A model generated the notes under the pieces. That model ran no database searches and was not told the origin of the DNA. It was given only the letters and a program-made list of their open reading frames with translations. The translations under genes were made by a program, and so were the position numbers. This document shows positions 48,331-58,561 of a DNA stretch of 64,000 bases, one piece after another. This DNA is from Longimicrobiales bacterium. GTDB lineage: Bacteria > Gemmatimonadota > Gemmatimonadetes > Longimicrobiales > Gaopeijiaceae. How positions within the stretch are numbered: the stretch's first letter is position 1; each line of letters begins with the position of its first letter. The stretch lies in NCBI GenBank assembly GCA_965198065.1, contig CBDAON010000004.1, positions 1,856,001-1,920,000 of the forward strand. The letters are read 5' to 3'.

Positions 48331-48359
48331 AATAGCCTTCTCGCTCACCGCTCCCGGAG

Positions 48360-49145
48360 ATGACCCGGAGAATGGCTCCTGGACCCATTCTCTTGATCCG
48401 CGATCTCTACGCCAGGGTCGCCGAGCCGGAGGCGGAGATCCTCCACGGCGTGGACCTCGAGGTGCCGCGGGGAGAGATCCACGCGATCATGGGTCCGAAC
48501 GGATCCGGAAAGAGCACGCTTGCCAAGGTTCTCGTGGGCCACCCCGGTTACGAGGTGACTGCGGGCACGGTTCAGTACGATGGCGAGGACGTGCTCGAGC
48601 TGGGACCGGACGAGCGCGCGCGAAAGGGAATGTTCCTCGCGTTCCAGTATCCGGTGGAGATCCCCGGGGTGTCGATCGCGAATTTCCTCCGCACGGCCTT
48701 GCAGGCGAAGCTCGGGGAAGACCAGGAGCTCGATCTCTTCGACTTCCAGGAGCAGCTCCTCGAGCGGATGGAGCTCCTCGAGGTGGACCCGTCCTTCGCG
48801 GAGCGCCCCGTGAACGACGGCTTCTCGGGCGGGGAGAAGAAGCGGAGCGAGATCCTCCAGATGGCCGTTCTCCGGCCTGCGCTCGCGATCATGGACGAGA
48901 CGGACTCGGGTCTCGACATCGACGCGCTCCAGGTCGTGGCGAAGGGCGTGAAGAAGCTGCACGAGGAGGACCCCGACATGTCGGTCCTCATCATCACGCA
49001 TTACCAGAGGGTGCTGAATTACATTCGGCCCGACCGAGTACACGTGATGGTGGGGGGGAGGATCGTCCGGTCCGGAGGTCCCGAGGTGGCGGAGGCGCTC
49101 GAGGCGAAGGGGTACGAGGAATACAAGGCCGCGGTGAAGGGGTAG
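48360..49145 (+). CDS. sufC: Fe-S assembly ATPase
   Basis: GPNGSGKST, FQYPVEIPGV, FSGGEKKR, DETDSGLDIDAL; start may be 48372. Confidence 0.97.
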   Translation: MTRRMAPGPILLIRDLYARVAEPEAEILHGVDLEVPRGEIHAIMGPNGSGKSTLAKVLVGHPGYEVTAGTVQYDGEDVLELGPDERARKGMFLAFQYPVEIPGVSIANFLRTALQAKLGEDQELDLFDFQEQLLERMELLEVDPSFAERPVNDGFSGGEKKRSEILQMAVLRPALAIMDETDSGLDIDALQVVAKGVKKLHEEDPDMSVLIITHYQRVLNYIRPDRVHVMVGGRIVRSGGPEVAEALEAKGYEEYKAAVKG

Positions 49146-49151
49146 ACAACC

Positions 49152-50567
49152 ATGCCAGACACTCCGATCGTCCAGGACCTCGACCTCGACCAGTACAAGT
49201 ACCACTTCATCACGGAGGACGAGCCGGTCTTCCGCTCGGGCCGCGGCCTGAACGAGAACGTGGTCCGGGAGATCTCGGCGCAAAAGGGGGAGCCCGACTG
49301 GATGCTCGCGCTCCGGCTGAAGGCGCTCGAGATCTACAACTCGAAGCCGATGCCCACGTGGGGCGGCGACCTCTCCAAGCTGAACGACGTGCTGGACCAG
49401 ATCTACTTCTACGTGCGCCCGCAGGAGAAGATGGAGCGCTCGTGGGACGACGTGCCCGTGAACATCAAGGAGACGTTCGAGAAGCTCGGCATCCCCGAGG
49501 CGGAGCAGAAGGTCCTGGCCGGCGTCGGAGCCCAGTACGAGTCCGAGATGATCTACCACTCCCTGAAGAAGGAGTGGGACGAGAAGGGGGTGATCTTCGA
49601 CTCGATCGAGGATGGGCTGAAGAACCACCCCGAGCTCTTCCGTGAGCACTTCGCTACGGTGATCCCGGTGGCCGACAACAAGTTCGCGTCGATGAACTCG
49701 GCCGTCTGGTCCGGCGGATCGTTCGTCTACATCCCGAAGGGGGTCGAGCTCGACACCCCGCTCCAGGCGTACTTCCGCGTGAACCAGGAGCAGATGGGCC
49801 AGTTCGAGCGAACGCTCATCATCGCGGACGAGGGCTCGAAGGCACACTACATCGAGGGGTGCACGGCGCCGGTCTACTCCACGGACTCGTTCCACTCCGG
49901 GGTCATCGAGATCATCGTGAAGCCGGGCGCGCACTTCCGGTACACGACCATCCAGAACTGGTCAAACAACATGTACAACCTCGTGACGCAGCGGGCGCTC
50001 GTGCACGAGAACGCGACCATGGAGTGGCTGGACGGAAACCTAGGGTCCAAGCTCACGATGAAGTACCCGAGCTGCTACCTGGTCGGCGAGGGTGCGCACG
50101 GGTCCGTCCTCTCCATCGCGTACGCGGGTGACGGGCAGCATCAGGACACCGGCGGCAAGGTGATCCACGCGGCCTCGAACACGACGTCCCAGATCATGTC
50201 CAAGTCGATCTCGAAGGGGCACGGCCGCGCCACCTACCGCGGGCTCCTCAAGGTCCACGAGGGGTCGGTCAACGCCCGCTCGAACGTCGAGTGCGACGCG
50301 CTCCTCATCAACGAGACGTCCCGGACGGACACGTATCCGTACATCGAGATCGAGGAGAACCAGTCGAACGTGGGGCACGAGGCCTCGGTCTCGAAGATCG
50401 GCGAGGAGCAGCTCTTCTACTTGAAGAGCCGCGGTATATCCGAGGAGGAGGCGATGGCCATGATCGTGCGGGGGTTCATCGAGCCGATCGCGAAGCTCCT
50501 CCCCCTCGAGTATGCCGTTGAGCTGAACCGGCTGATCGAGCTCGAGATGGAGGGATCCGTTGGGTGA
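49152..50567 (+). CDS. sufB: Fe-S assembly scaffold
   Basis: [47 protein letters not shown]. Confidence 0.97.
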   Translation: MPDTPIVQDLDLDQYKYHFITEDEPVFRSGRGLNENVVREISAQKGEPDWMLALRLKALEIYNSKPMPTWGGDLSKLNDVLDQIYFYVRPQEKMERSWDDVPVNIKETFEKLGIPEAEQKVLAGVGAQYESEMIYHSLKKEWDEKGVIFDSIEDGLKNHPELFREHFATVIPVADNKFASMNSAVWSGGSFVYIPKGVELDTPLQAYFRVNQEQMGQFERTLIIADEGSKAHYIEGCTAPVYSTDSFHSGVIEIIVKPGAHFRYTTIQNWSNNMYNLVTQRALVHENATMEWLDGNLGSKLTMKYPSCYLVGEGAHGSVLSIAYAGDGQHQDTGGKVIHAASNTTSQIMSKSISKGHGRATYRGLLKVHEGSVNARSNVECDALLINETSRTDTYPYIEIEENQSNVGHEASVSKIGEEQLFYLKSRGISEEEAMAMIVRGFIEPIAKLLPLEYAVELNRLIELEMEGSVG

Positions 50568-52014
50568 GACCGGAGCCCCCGGCTCCGGCGCGGCGGCCGG
50601 CGTTAAGGGGGGATCCGGAAAGGTGAGACGACCGGCTTCGGGCTCGACGGCCACGCAGGCCCGAGCGGTTCCCGAGGGGATCACGCCTTCGATTCATCGC
50701 GAGGCCGTCCTGGCTCTCGCGGCGGACGAGCCCTCTTGGCTCCGCGAGCGCCGGCTCGAGGCGTGGGACGTGTACGAACGGACCCCCATGCCGACGACCC
50801 GCCTCGAGGAGTGGCGCTATACCGACCTCAAGCGGAAGCTCGCGCTGGATCGGTTGACGATCGTTCCGTGGGAGGAGCGATCGTTCGACGAGAGCGGAGC
50901 GCCCCAGGAGCTGGTGGCCGCGATGGCGGCCGACCGGGCCGCGTCGGGCCATCTGATCGAGCTCGACGGGTCGGTCGCGCGGGTCGATCTCCTGGACGAG
51001 CTCCGCGCCAAGGGTGTCGTCCTCGCCTCGCTCCGTGAGGCGGTCCGGACTCATCCCGCGATCGTGGAGCCCCTCCTCGCCACGGAAGCTGTTCCAGCGA
51101 CGCTAGGGAAGTTTCAGGCGCTGAACGCTGCGCTTTGGACGGACGGCATCTTTCTCTACGTCCCCCGCGGGGTGCGGCTCGAGCTGCCGGTGCGGGTCAC
51201 CCGGTGGACCTCGGAGCTGGGACGCGCGCTCTTCTCCCGCACGCTCATCGTGGCCGAGGAGGCGAGCCAGGTGTCGTTCGTAGACGCGGCGCACTCGGCG
51301 GACTTCGGGGAGCAGACGCTCGTCTCGTCGGCGGTAGAGGTCTTCGCCCGGGACGGCGCGCAGATCCAGTACGTGTCGCTCCAGAGTATGGGTCGCGGAG
51401 TCTTCCACCTCTCCCAGCAGCGCACCCTGGCGGACCGGGACTCGACCGTCGACACCCTGAATGTGAGCCTGGGCGCCTCGGTGGCCCGCGTTGATCTCAA
51501 CGCGGAGCTCCGCGGGCCGGGATCCAACTCGGACATGCTGGGCCTCTGCTTCGGGGACGGGGACCAGCACTTCGACCACAACACGCGGCAGGACCACGTA
51601 TCGCCGAACGCGAAGAGCGACCTCCTGTACAAAGGAGCGCTCGACGGGAAGGCCCGCTCCGTCTTCCGGGGGATCATCAAGGTCCACAAGGGCGCGCAAC
51701 GGACGGACGCGTACCAGACGAATCGGAACCTGCTCCTCTCGGAGCACGCCCGCGCGGAGTCGCTTCCGAACCTGGAGATCGAGGCGGACGACGTGCGGTG
51801 CTCCCACGGGGCCACGGTTGGGCAGCTCGAGGAGGAGCACGTGTTCTACCTCATGAGCCGCGGGCTGTCCCGTTCGCGAGCCGAGCGCTTGGTCGTGCTC
51901 GGATTCCTGGGCGAGGTCCTCTCCAGGCTTCCCCTGGGCGGGGTCGTCGAAAAGGTGAACGGGATCATCGCGGAACGGCTCGGTGGGACGCTGGACGAGC
52001 CTGCCCATGGCTGA
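50560..52014 (+). CDS. sufD: Fe-S assembly protein; start uncertain
   Basis: [40 protein letters not shown]. Confidence 0.95.
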   Translation: MGETGAPGSGAAAGVKGGSGKVRRPASGSTATQARAVPEGITPSIHREAVLALAADEPSWLRERRLEAWDVYERTPMPTTRLEEWRYTDLKRKLALDRLTIVPWEERSFDESGAPQELVAAMAADRAASGHLIELDGSVARVDLLDELRAKGVVLASLREAVRTHPAIVEPLLATEAVPATLGKFQALNAALWTDGIFLYVPRGVRLELPVRVTRWTSELGRALFSRTLIVAEEASQVSFVDAAHSADFGEQTLVSSAVEVFARDGAQIQYVSLQSMGRGVFHLSQQRTLADRDSTVDTLNVSLGASVARVDLNAELRGPGSNSDMLGLCFGDGDQHFDHNTRQDHVSPNAKSDLLYKGALDGKARSVFRGIIKVHKGAQRTDAYQTNRNLLLSEHARAESLPNLEIEADDVRCSHGATVGQLEEEHVFYLMSRGLSRSRAERLVVLGFLGEVLSRLPLGGVVEKVNGIIAERLGGTLDEPAHG

Positions 52015-52321
52015 ATGGGTCCGCGTGGCGGATGTCGCGGACTGCGGGGAGGACGGGTGTCTCAAGGCTGTGAGCGGGACCGGAGAGGCGATCGTGCTGG
52101 CCCGCTGGGACGGGGAGCTGTTCGCTCTCGAGGACTGCTGCTCGCACCAGGACTTCCCCCTTTCGGAGGGGGCGCTCCAAGACGGCCGGATCGAATGCGT
52201 CTTCCACGGGGCGAAGTTCGACGTCCGATCCGGGAGGGCGGTGCAGCTTCCCGCTATCAAACCCGTCCGAACGTTCCCGGTGGAGATCCGGGACGGCGCG
52301 GTGTTCGTCCAGGTGGAGTGA
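52007..52321 (+). CDS. Rieske [2Fe-2S] ferredoxin
   Basis: CSH..CVFHGAKFD. Confidence 0.92.
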   Translation: MAEWVRVADVADCGEDGCLKAVSGTGEAIVLARWDGELFALEDCCSHQDFPLSEGALQDGRIECVFHGAKFDVRSGRAVQLPAIKPVRTFPVEIRDGAVFVQVE

Positions 52322-52405
52322 CCGGATGGCCTCCGATCGAAGCGGTTTGCTTCGCTCGGCTCGAGCCGCGCTAGGAGGCCGTCCATACACCAGGAGGCCG
52401 TCCAG

Positions 52406-53677
52406 ATGAAGACGTCCACGCCGGCCCCGCCCCCTGCGCCGTCGCAGGCGCTCGACGCGGAGCGCCTCCGCCGGGACTTCCCCGCGCTGGACCAGGAGGT
52501 GAGCGGCCGGCCGCTCGCGTACCTGGACAACGCGGCCACGTCCCAGAAGCCGAGGCGAGTGCTGGACGCGCTCCGGAACTACTACGAGCACGACAACGCG
52601 AACGTGCATCGCGGGCTCCACGAGCTGAGCCGGCGGGCGACGGATGCGTACGAGGCGGCGCGGGCCGTAGTGGCCCGGTGGATCGGAGCCTCCTCCGCAG
52701 AGGAGGTCGTCTGGACTCGCGGGACCACCGAATCCATCAACCTCGTGGCGGCGAGTTGGGGTGGGGCGAACCTGAAGCCGGGAGACGAGATCCTCGTTTC
52801 CGAGATGGAACACCACTCGAACCTCGTGCCCTGGCAGCTCGTGGCCGCGCGCACGGGGGCGAGGCTCCGCTTCCTCGAGCTAGACGACCAGGGGCGCCTG
52901 AACCTGGATCCCCTTTCGGAGATCCTCGGCAGGGGTCGCGTCCGGATCACCGCGCTCGGCCACGTGTCGAACGCGCTCGGGACGATCAACCCGATTGCGG
53001 AGATCTCGCGGCTCGTGCACGAGGCGGGGGCGCTGCTTCTCGTGGACGGAGCGCAGGGGGCGGCGCACCACGGGGTGGACGTAGGCGGGCTCGGGGCGGA
53101 CTTCTATGCGTTTTCGGGACACAAGATGTGTGGGCCGACCGGGATCGGGGTCCTCTGGGCCCGAAGGGAACTCCTCGAGGCGATGCCGCCGTACCAGGGC
53201 GGGGGCGAGATGATCGACCTTGTGGAACGCGACCACTCCACGTGGGCTGCCGTGCCGCACAAGTTCGAGGCGGGCACTCCGGACATCTCGGGCGCCATCG
53301 GCCTACACGCCGCGGTGGACTACCTCGAGGAGGTCGGATCCGACTCGATCCTGGCCCACGAGCAGTCGCTCGTGGCATACGCGCTGGAGAGGCTGGGCGA
53401 GGTCGAGAGGGTCCGGCTCTTCGGCCCGTCGGACCCTGCCGAGCGGGCCGGGGTCGTGTCGTTCACGGTGCCGGAGGCGCACCCGCACGACGTCTCGACC
53501 GTGCTCGACAGCGAGGGGATCGCGATCCGGGCCGGTCACCACTGCGCTCAGCTCGTGATGCGTCGATTCGGGGTGGCTGCCACCGCGCGCGCGTCGTTCT
53601 ACCTCTACAACACGACGGACGAGGTGGACCGGCTGATCCGGGGACTCGAGACGGTCCGATCGATCTTCGGGGATTGA
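52406..53677 (+). CDS. sufS: Cysteine desulfurase
   Basis: YLDNAATSQKP, EHHSN, DGAQ, SGHKM, RAGHHCA. Confidence 0.96.
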   Translation: MKTSTPAPPPAPSQALDAERLRRDFPALDQEVSGRPLAYLDNAATSQKPRRVLDALRNYYEHDNANVHRGLHELSRRATDAYEAARAVVARWIGASSAEEVVWTRGTTESINLVAASWGGANLKPGDEILVSEMEHHSNLVPWQLVAARTGARLRFLELDDQGRLNLDPLSEILGRGRVRITALGHVSNALGTINPIAEISRLVHEAGALLLVDGAQGAAHHGVDVGGLGADFYAFSGHKMCGPTGIGVLWARRELLEAMPPYQGGGEMIDLVERDHSTWAAVPHKFEAGTPDISGAIGLHAAVDYLEEVGSDSILAHEQSLVAYALERLGEVERVRLFGPSDPAERAGVVSFTVPEAHPHDVSTVLDSEGIAIRAGHHCAQLVMRRFGVAATARASFYLYNTTDEVDRLIRGLETVRSIFGD

Positions 53678-53691
53678 CCACGGCCTCGCCG

Positions 53692-54177
53692 ATGCCCGCC
53701 ATTCCCGAGCCGCAGCTTACGTCGCTCTACCAGGAGCTGATTCTCGAGCATTACAAGCGCCCCAGAAACCGGGGCGATCTCAAGGATCGGACGGTCGAGG
53801 TGCACATGCGGAACCCGTCCTGCGGGGACGAGATCCTCCTCCAGCTCAGGGTCGAGGGCGGCGTCATCGCGGACGTGCGCTTCGTGGGAGAGGGTTGCTC
53901 GATCTCCCAGGCCTCCGCCTCCATGATGACAACGGCGGTGAAGGGGCGCGAGCTGGAGGACGCGATGGGGCTCGCCGGACGATTTACCGAAATGATGCGC
54001 GGAGATCCCGAGGCGGCCAAGGACAGGACGCTGAAGGATCTGAGGGCGTTTCAGGGCGTCTCGAAGTTTCCGGTAAGGGTGAAGTGCGCTCTGCTCGGCT
54101 TCGACGCCCTCCAGGAGGCCGTGAAGCGCGAACGCGGAGGTGACGGCTCCCCGGAGGCGCGGGCGGCGACGCCGTAG
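53692..54177 (+). CDS. sufU: SUF-system NifU-family protein
   Basis: LYQELILEHY, NPSCGD, GCSISQAS, PVRVKCA. Confidence 0.94.
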   Translation: MPAIPEPQLTSLYQELILEHYKRPRNRGDLKDRTVEVHMRNPSCGDEILLQLRVEGGVIADVRFVGEGCSISQASASMMTTAVKGRELEDAMGLAGRFTEMMRGDPEAAKDRTLKDLRAFQGVSKFPVRVKCALLGFDALQEAVKRERGGDGSPEARAATP

Positions 54178-54217
54178 CGAACGGCCGCGACCCGGCGGAG
54201 CGCGTCGGTTGCGGGCC

Positions 54218-55489
54218 CTAACCCGCCGAGAAGCCGCCCTCGTCTGGCGTGAGCACCACCTTCAGGGCCCCACTCCTCCCCCGGTTCGCTGCCGCCGACA
54301 GCGCGTAGCGGTACTGCTCCAGTGGGAACGCGTGTGTCACCATGCGGTCGAGCGGCGCGCCCGTCTCGAGGATGAGGCGCTCGGTCACCTCGAAGGTATG
54401 GAGCTCCTCCCCGCGCCACCGCTCCCGCCCGTACCCGACGAACCCTCGGATCTCGAGCTCTCGCGCCCAGAGAAGCGAAAGGTCCACGCGCCTGAGCTCC
54501 GCGGCGCACCCCAGCATGACGATCCGCCCTCTGGGCGCGGCGAAGCGCAGCGCCTGGGCGAGCGAGGCAGCCGAGCCCACACAATCGAAGACGTGCGGGA
54601 ATCCACCCCCCGAGAAGACCTCGTTCCCGAGGATAGGCTGGTACGCGCGGGCCCCCGTCTCCACAAGCGCTTCGCGAGCGACCTCGCCGGGGCTCACGAC
54701 GTCGGTCGCACCCAGCAGGCCCGCCAGCTCCCCCTCGGGAGCCCGCTTCGTCTGCGCCACGATCGCTCCGCCGAAGCCGGCGGCCCGAAGCGCCCAGACC
54801 GTTCCGAGCGCGATGGGGCCGCTCCCGATCACGAGGACGTCCTCCCCCGCGGGCGGAAGGGCGTTCAGGACCGCATGGACGCACACGGAAAGCGGCTCGA
54901 CGAGCACGCCGGCCCGGTTTGGAATCGCCGTGTCGAGGGGGAAGAGCTGGGATTCGTGCGCCAGCATCCGTCCGCACCACCCGCCCGAGAGGTCCCGGTG
55001 GTAGCCGATCATGAGCCCGCGGCTTAGCGGTCGCCCTCCGATGATCGTACTTCCCTCCTCCCCGGCCATCTCGCACGTGCCATGGAGCCCGGCTCGGCAC
55101 GATGCGCACCACTCGGGCTCCGACCAGCCGCGTACTGCGCACGAGATCAGCGGGTCGGCCGCGACCCGGTCGCCCGGGACCACGCGCCGGACCCCAGGCC
55201 CCACGCTCTCGATCCGCCCGAGGATCTCGTGGCCGAGGACGGCCGGGAAGGATCCGAACGGCTCCAAGATCGGGCTGGCCTCGTAGGAGAGGTTCCCGAG
55301 GTCTGTTCCGCAGATGCCACAACCCAGAACGTCCAGTCGGGCCCACCCCGGGGGCGGCGCTGGTGGGTCCTCCAGATCGCGGAGCCGGAGCCCGGTCCAC
55401 GCGTTGAAGCGGAACCGCTCGCCGAGGCGCCCCACGGATCTCGCGACGAGGAACCCCGGGATCGTCACGTTGAACTGGACGGCTCGCAT
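54218..55489 (-). CDS. Zinc-dependent (MDR) dehydrogenase
   Basis: GICGTD, GHE, four-Cys structural Zn site, GSGPIA; ATG overlaps the upstream stop (TGATG). Confidence 0.88.
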   Translation of the reverse strand: MRAVQFNVTIPGFLVARSVGRLGERFRFNAWTGLRLRDLEDPPAPPPGWARLDVLGCGICGTDLGNLSYEASPILEPFGSFPAVLGHEILGRIESVGPGVRRVVPGDRVAADPLISCAVRGWSEPEWCASCRAGLHGTCEMAGEEGSTIIGGRPLSRGLMIGYHRDLSGGWCGRMLAHESQLFPLDTAIPNRAGVLVEPLSVCVHAVLNALPPAGEDVLVIGSGPIALGTVWALRAAGFGGAIVAQTKRAPEGELAGLLGATDVVSPGEVAREALVETGARAYQPILGNEVFSGGGFPHVFDCVGSAASLAQALRFAAPRGRIVMLGCAAELRRVDLSLLWARELEIRGFVGYGRERWRGEELHTFEVTERLILETGAPLDRMVTHAFPLEQYRYALSAAANRGRSGALKVVLTPDEGGFSAG

Positions 55490-56682
55490 CAGAACACGTC
55501 CAGGAGCCGGAAGTCCGCGAGTCCCATGACCGGCTTCCACCCCGCGAGACCCTCGTCCTGCCCCGGGAGGGCCCCCGCGACGAACAGCTCCGTGACCCGC
55601 GCGATGGACAGGGTTCGCTCGGCGTCACCCGGCGCCTTGCCACGGATCGGGCCCTCGCTCGTTCCAACCCAGGTCCCCGCGTTCTCGGAGATCTGCTTGT
55701 CCACGACGGGGAGACCCTCTTCCTCCCGGAAGCCGACAGCCTCGAGGACGCGCCGGAGGTCCAGGATGCGTAGCATGGGTCCCCTCAGGAGTGTGGCCGA
55801 GGGAAACCACAGCCCTCGAGCGGGCCCGTGGCCGGGGATCCGCGGGTGAGGGAGGCGGACGTGGAAGCGCTCCCCGGGGAGAGCGTCGTAGCGAACGCGC
55901 GGCCACTGGTCCCGCTGCGCCGAAAGCCAGCCCAACAGGGCGCCGTACGCCGCCTCGTCCGTGGCCAGGAGCTCCCGCACCGCGAGCGTCGCTCGCTCGG
56001 GGATCTTCGACCGCCTTCCGCGGACGGTGACGTACCCGAGGAGCGCGCCTCCCTCCTCCAGGAGACCGTAGATCGGGTCACCCTCATCCAGCCGGCTCCT
56101 CCACATTTCTGGCGTGCGCTCGATGAGGCCGTTCGTGCGCGAAAGCAGAACCTCATAAAGCCCCGGCAGGTGTCGGGCGGCCTCCTCCGGCCCCAATCGA
56201 CGCACGCGTTCGCACCCGGGCACCCGGGCAAGGTCGGCGGCTGAGAATCGATAGCGGTGGAGTGCCCCGACGAGCGCGTAGCCCATCCGGCCGTAGAAGC
56301 CCGCGCGGAAGGGATAGAGCGCGCTCAGGGCCGCCCCTCCCTCGAGGCCGTTTCGGATCGCGCGCTCACACATGCAGAGGCCGATCCCTTGACGGCGCGC
56401 GCTCGGTACCACCGCCACGGAGGCGATCCCCAGAACGGAGAAGACCCGACCCCAGAGGTGCATCCGGAGGGGGTAGCAGCGGAGCCCGCCCACGAGAGCC
56501 AACCCGTCTTCGGCGACCCAGCACGTCTCGAGGCCCCCGTAGGGTTCCGTGCCCTCGAGGAGGGCTTCGAGCCGAACGTCCGCCCTCCGCTCTCCCGGAA
56601 ACGCCTCGGCCCAAAGCTCCGCGAGCGGCCGCGCGTCCCGCTCCTCCGCGGGCCTCATTCGGATCCCCGGGTCGGTTCGCAT
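55489..56682 (-). CDS. Eis-like GNAT acetyltransferase
   Basis: GIASVAVVPSARRQGIG, SALYPF..FYGRMGY, MLRILDL. Confidence 0.85.
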   Translation of the reverse strand: MRTDPGIRMRPAEERDARPLAELWAEAFPGERRADVRLEALLEGTEPYGGLETCWVAEDGLALVGGLRCYPLRMHLWGRVFSVLGIASVAVVPSARRQGIGLCMCERAIRNGLEGGAALSALYPFRAGFYGRMGYALVGALHRYRFSAADLARVPGCERVRRLGPEEAARHLPGLYEVLLSRTNGLIERTPEMWRSRLDEGDPIYGLLEEGGALLGYVTVRGRRSKIPERATLAVRELLATDEAAYGALLGWLSAQRDQWPRVRYDALPGERFHVRLPHPRIPGHGPARGLWFPSATLLRGPMLRILDLRRVLEAVGFREEEGLPVVDKQISENAGTWVGTSEGPIRGKAPGDAERTLSIARVTELFVAGALPGQDEGLAGWKPVMGLADFRLLDVF

Positions 56683-56755
56683 TCGGCGAAGCGTACCAGC
56701 CCGTCCGGGCCCGAGCCAGGGGCACGGCCGTCCTGCGGACGGGTACGAGCCCCGC

Positions 56756-58030
56756 ATGAAGACCGCGCTCATCGCCGGCTGCCGGACGCCTTTCTCCAAG
56801 GCGGGGACTTCGCTCCGAGAGCTGAGCGCGATCGACCTCGGCAAGATCGCGGTCCCGGAAGTGCTCGCCCGCGCCGACGTCCCGCCCGAGGCGGTCGATC
56901 AGCTCGTGTTCGGCACCGTCGTCCACAACCCGAGAGCACCAAACATCGGCAGGGAGGTCGGCCTCGCGGTGCTTCCGAAAGAAGTGCCGGCCTCGACCGT
57001 CTCCCACGCGTGCGCGTCGGCGAACCAGGCGATCGGGGACGGGGTGAACCTGATCGAGCTCGGGCTGGCCGACGTGGTCGTGGCCGGAGGGGCCGAATCC
57101 CTCTCGCATATCCCGATCACTGTATCGGACCCGCTGGCCGCGGCTCTCATGGAGGCGGCGAAGGCACGGACGCTGGCGCGGAGGGTGGCCGCGTTCTCGG
57201 GCGTCCGGCTCCGCCATCTGGCGCCCGTGCGGCCCGCGATCGAGGAGCCGACTACGGGCGAGACGATGGGGGAAGCCGCGGAGCGGATGGCCAAGGAAAA
57301 CGGTATCCCTCGCCCGGTGCAGGACGAGTGGGCGCACCGTTCGCACTCCCGCGCCCACCGCGGCTTCGAGGACGGCCGGCTGGCCGAGGAGATCGCTCCG
57401 CTCCACCTGGCGCCCACGTTCGAGACGGTCGTCGATCGGGACAACGGAGTTCGCGGGGACTCGAGCATCGAGGCGCTCGCGAAGCTCCGGCCCGTCTTCG
57501 ATCGGAGGTACGGCTCCATCACGGCCGGAAACGCCTCCCCGCTCACGGACGGCGGTGCCGCGGTCGTCCTCATGTCCGAGGGTGCCGCCAAGGCGCACGG
57601 GGTCGAGCCCCTCGCCTGGATCCGGAGCTATGCCACGACGGCGCTCGACCCGGGTGCTCAACTCCTCCAGGGCCCGGCGTACGCGGCACCGATCGCCCTG
57701 GACCGGGCGGGGATCACCATGTCGGACGTGGACCTGATGGAGATGCACGAGGCCTTCGCCGCCCAGGTCCTGTCGAACCTCCAGGCCCTCGAGTCCGACG
57801 AGTTCGCCCGGCGGAAGCTGGGCCGGGACCGGGCGGTCGGGCACCCCGACGTGGATCGTATCAACGTGATGGGAGGCTCCATCGCTCTGGGGCACCCGTT
57901 CGGCGCCACGGGCGCCCGCCTCACGACCACGCTGGCTCGGGAGCTTCGTCGAACAGACGGCGAGTTCGGGCTCCTCACGGTGTGCGCTGCCGGCGGCATG
58001 GGCTTCGCCATGGTCCTCCAGGCGGCGTGA
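56756..58030 (+). CDS. fadI: Acetyl-CoA C-acyltransferase (thiolase, FadI-like)
   Basis: RTPF, SHACAS, GNASPLTDG, MHEAFA, GHPFGATG, VCAAGG. Confidence 0.85.
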   Translation: MKTALIAGCRTPFSKAGTSLRELSAIDLGKIAVPEVLARADVPPEAVDQLVFGTVVHNPRAPNIGREVGLAVLPKEVPASTVSHACASANQAIGDGVNLIELGLADVVVAGGAESLSHIPITVSDPLAAALMEAAKARTLARRVAAFSGVRLRHLAPVRPAIEEPTTGETMGEAAERMAKENGIPRPVQDEWAHRSHSRAHRGFEDGRLAEEIAPLHLAPTFETVVDRDNGVRGDSSIEALAKLRPVFDRRYGSITAGNASPLTDGGAAVVLMSEGAAKAHGVEPLAWIRSYATTALDPGAQLLQGPAYAAPIALDRAGITMSDVDLMEMHEAFAAQVLSNLQALESDEFARRKLGRDRAVGHPDVDRINVMGGSIALGHPFGATGARLTTTLARELRRTDGEFGLLTVCAAGGMGFAMVLQAA

Positions 58031-58036
58031 GGTCCC

Positions 58037-58537
58037 CTAGCGCCCCTCCCCGAGCTCCTTCGCCAAGGCCTGCCTCACCTCTCTTCGGCGTGCCCCTTCA
58101 CGGAAGCGCCGCTCTTCCTCCTCCGTCTGGAGCTCGAGCCGCGGTACCTCGACCGGCCTGCCGTCATCGTCCACGGCGACGAACGTCAGGTAACAGGTGT
58201 TCGTGAGATGGCTCACGCCGGTGAGGGGGTTTTCGGATTCCACCGTCACGCCCACCTCCATGGACGTCCGGCCCACGTAGTTTACCTGGGCCCGACAGGT
58301 CACGAGCCAGCCCGAGTAGATCGGCTCCCGGAAATCCACACGATCGATCGACACGGTCACGCATGCGTGGCCCGAGTGCCGCATGGCCGCCACGGCGGCC
58401 GCCCGGTCGACCATCGAGAGGATCACGCCCCCGAACACGTGTCCCAAGTGGTTCACGTGCTGAGGCATGATGAGGTCGGAAAAGGTCGCGGCGGAGGCCG
58501 ACGGGGGGCGTGGGCCTCGAGGCGGGTGGGGGGTCAC
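58037..58537 (-). CDS. Acyl-CoA thioesterase (HotDog fold)
   Basis: NHLGHVFGG, VGRTSMEVGV, LTFVAVD. Confidence 0.92.
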   Translation of the reverse strand: MTPHPPRGPRPPSASAATFSDLIMPQHVNHLGHVFGGVILSMVDRAAAVAAMRHSGHACVTVSIDRVDFREPIYSGWLVTCRAQVNYVGRTSMEVGVTVESENPLTGVSHLTNTCYLTFVAVDDDGRPVEVPRLELQTEEEERRFREGARRREVRQALAKELGEGR

Positions 58538-58561
58538 AGGAGTGCCGATCAGCCGATCCGA

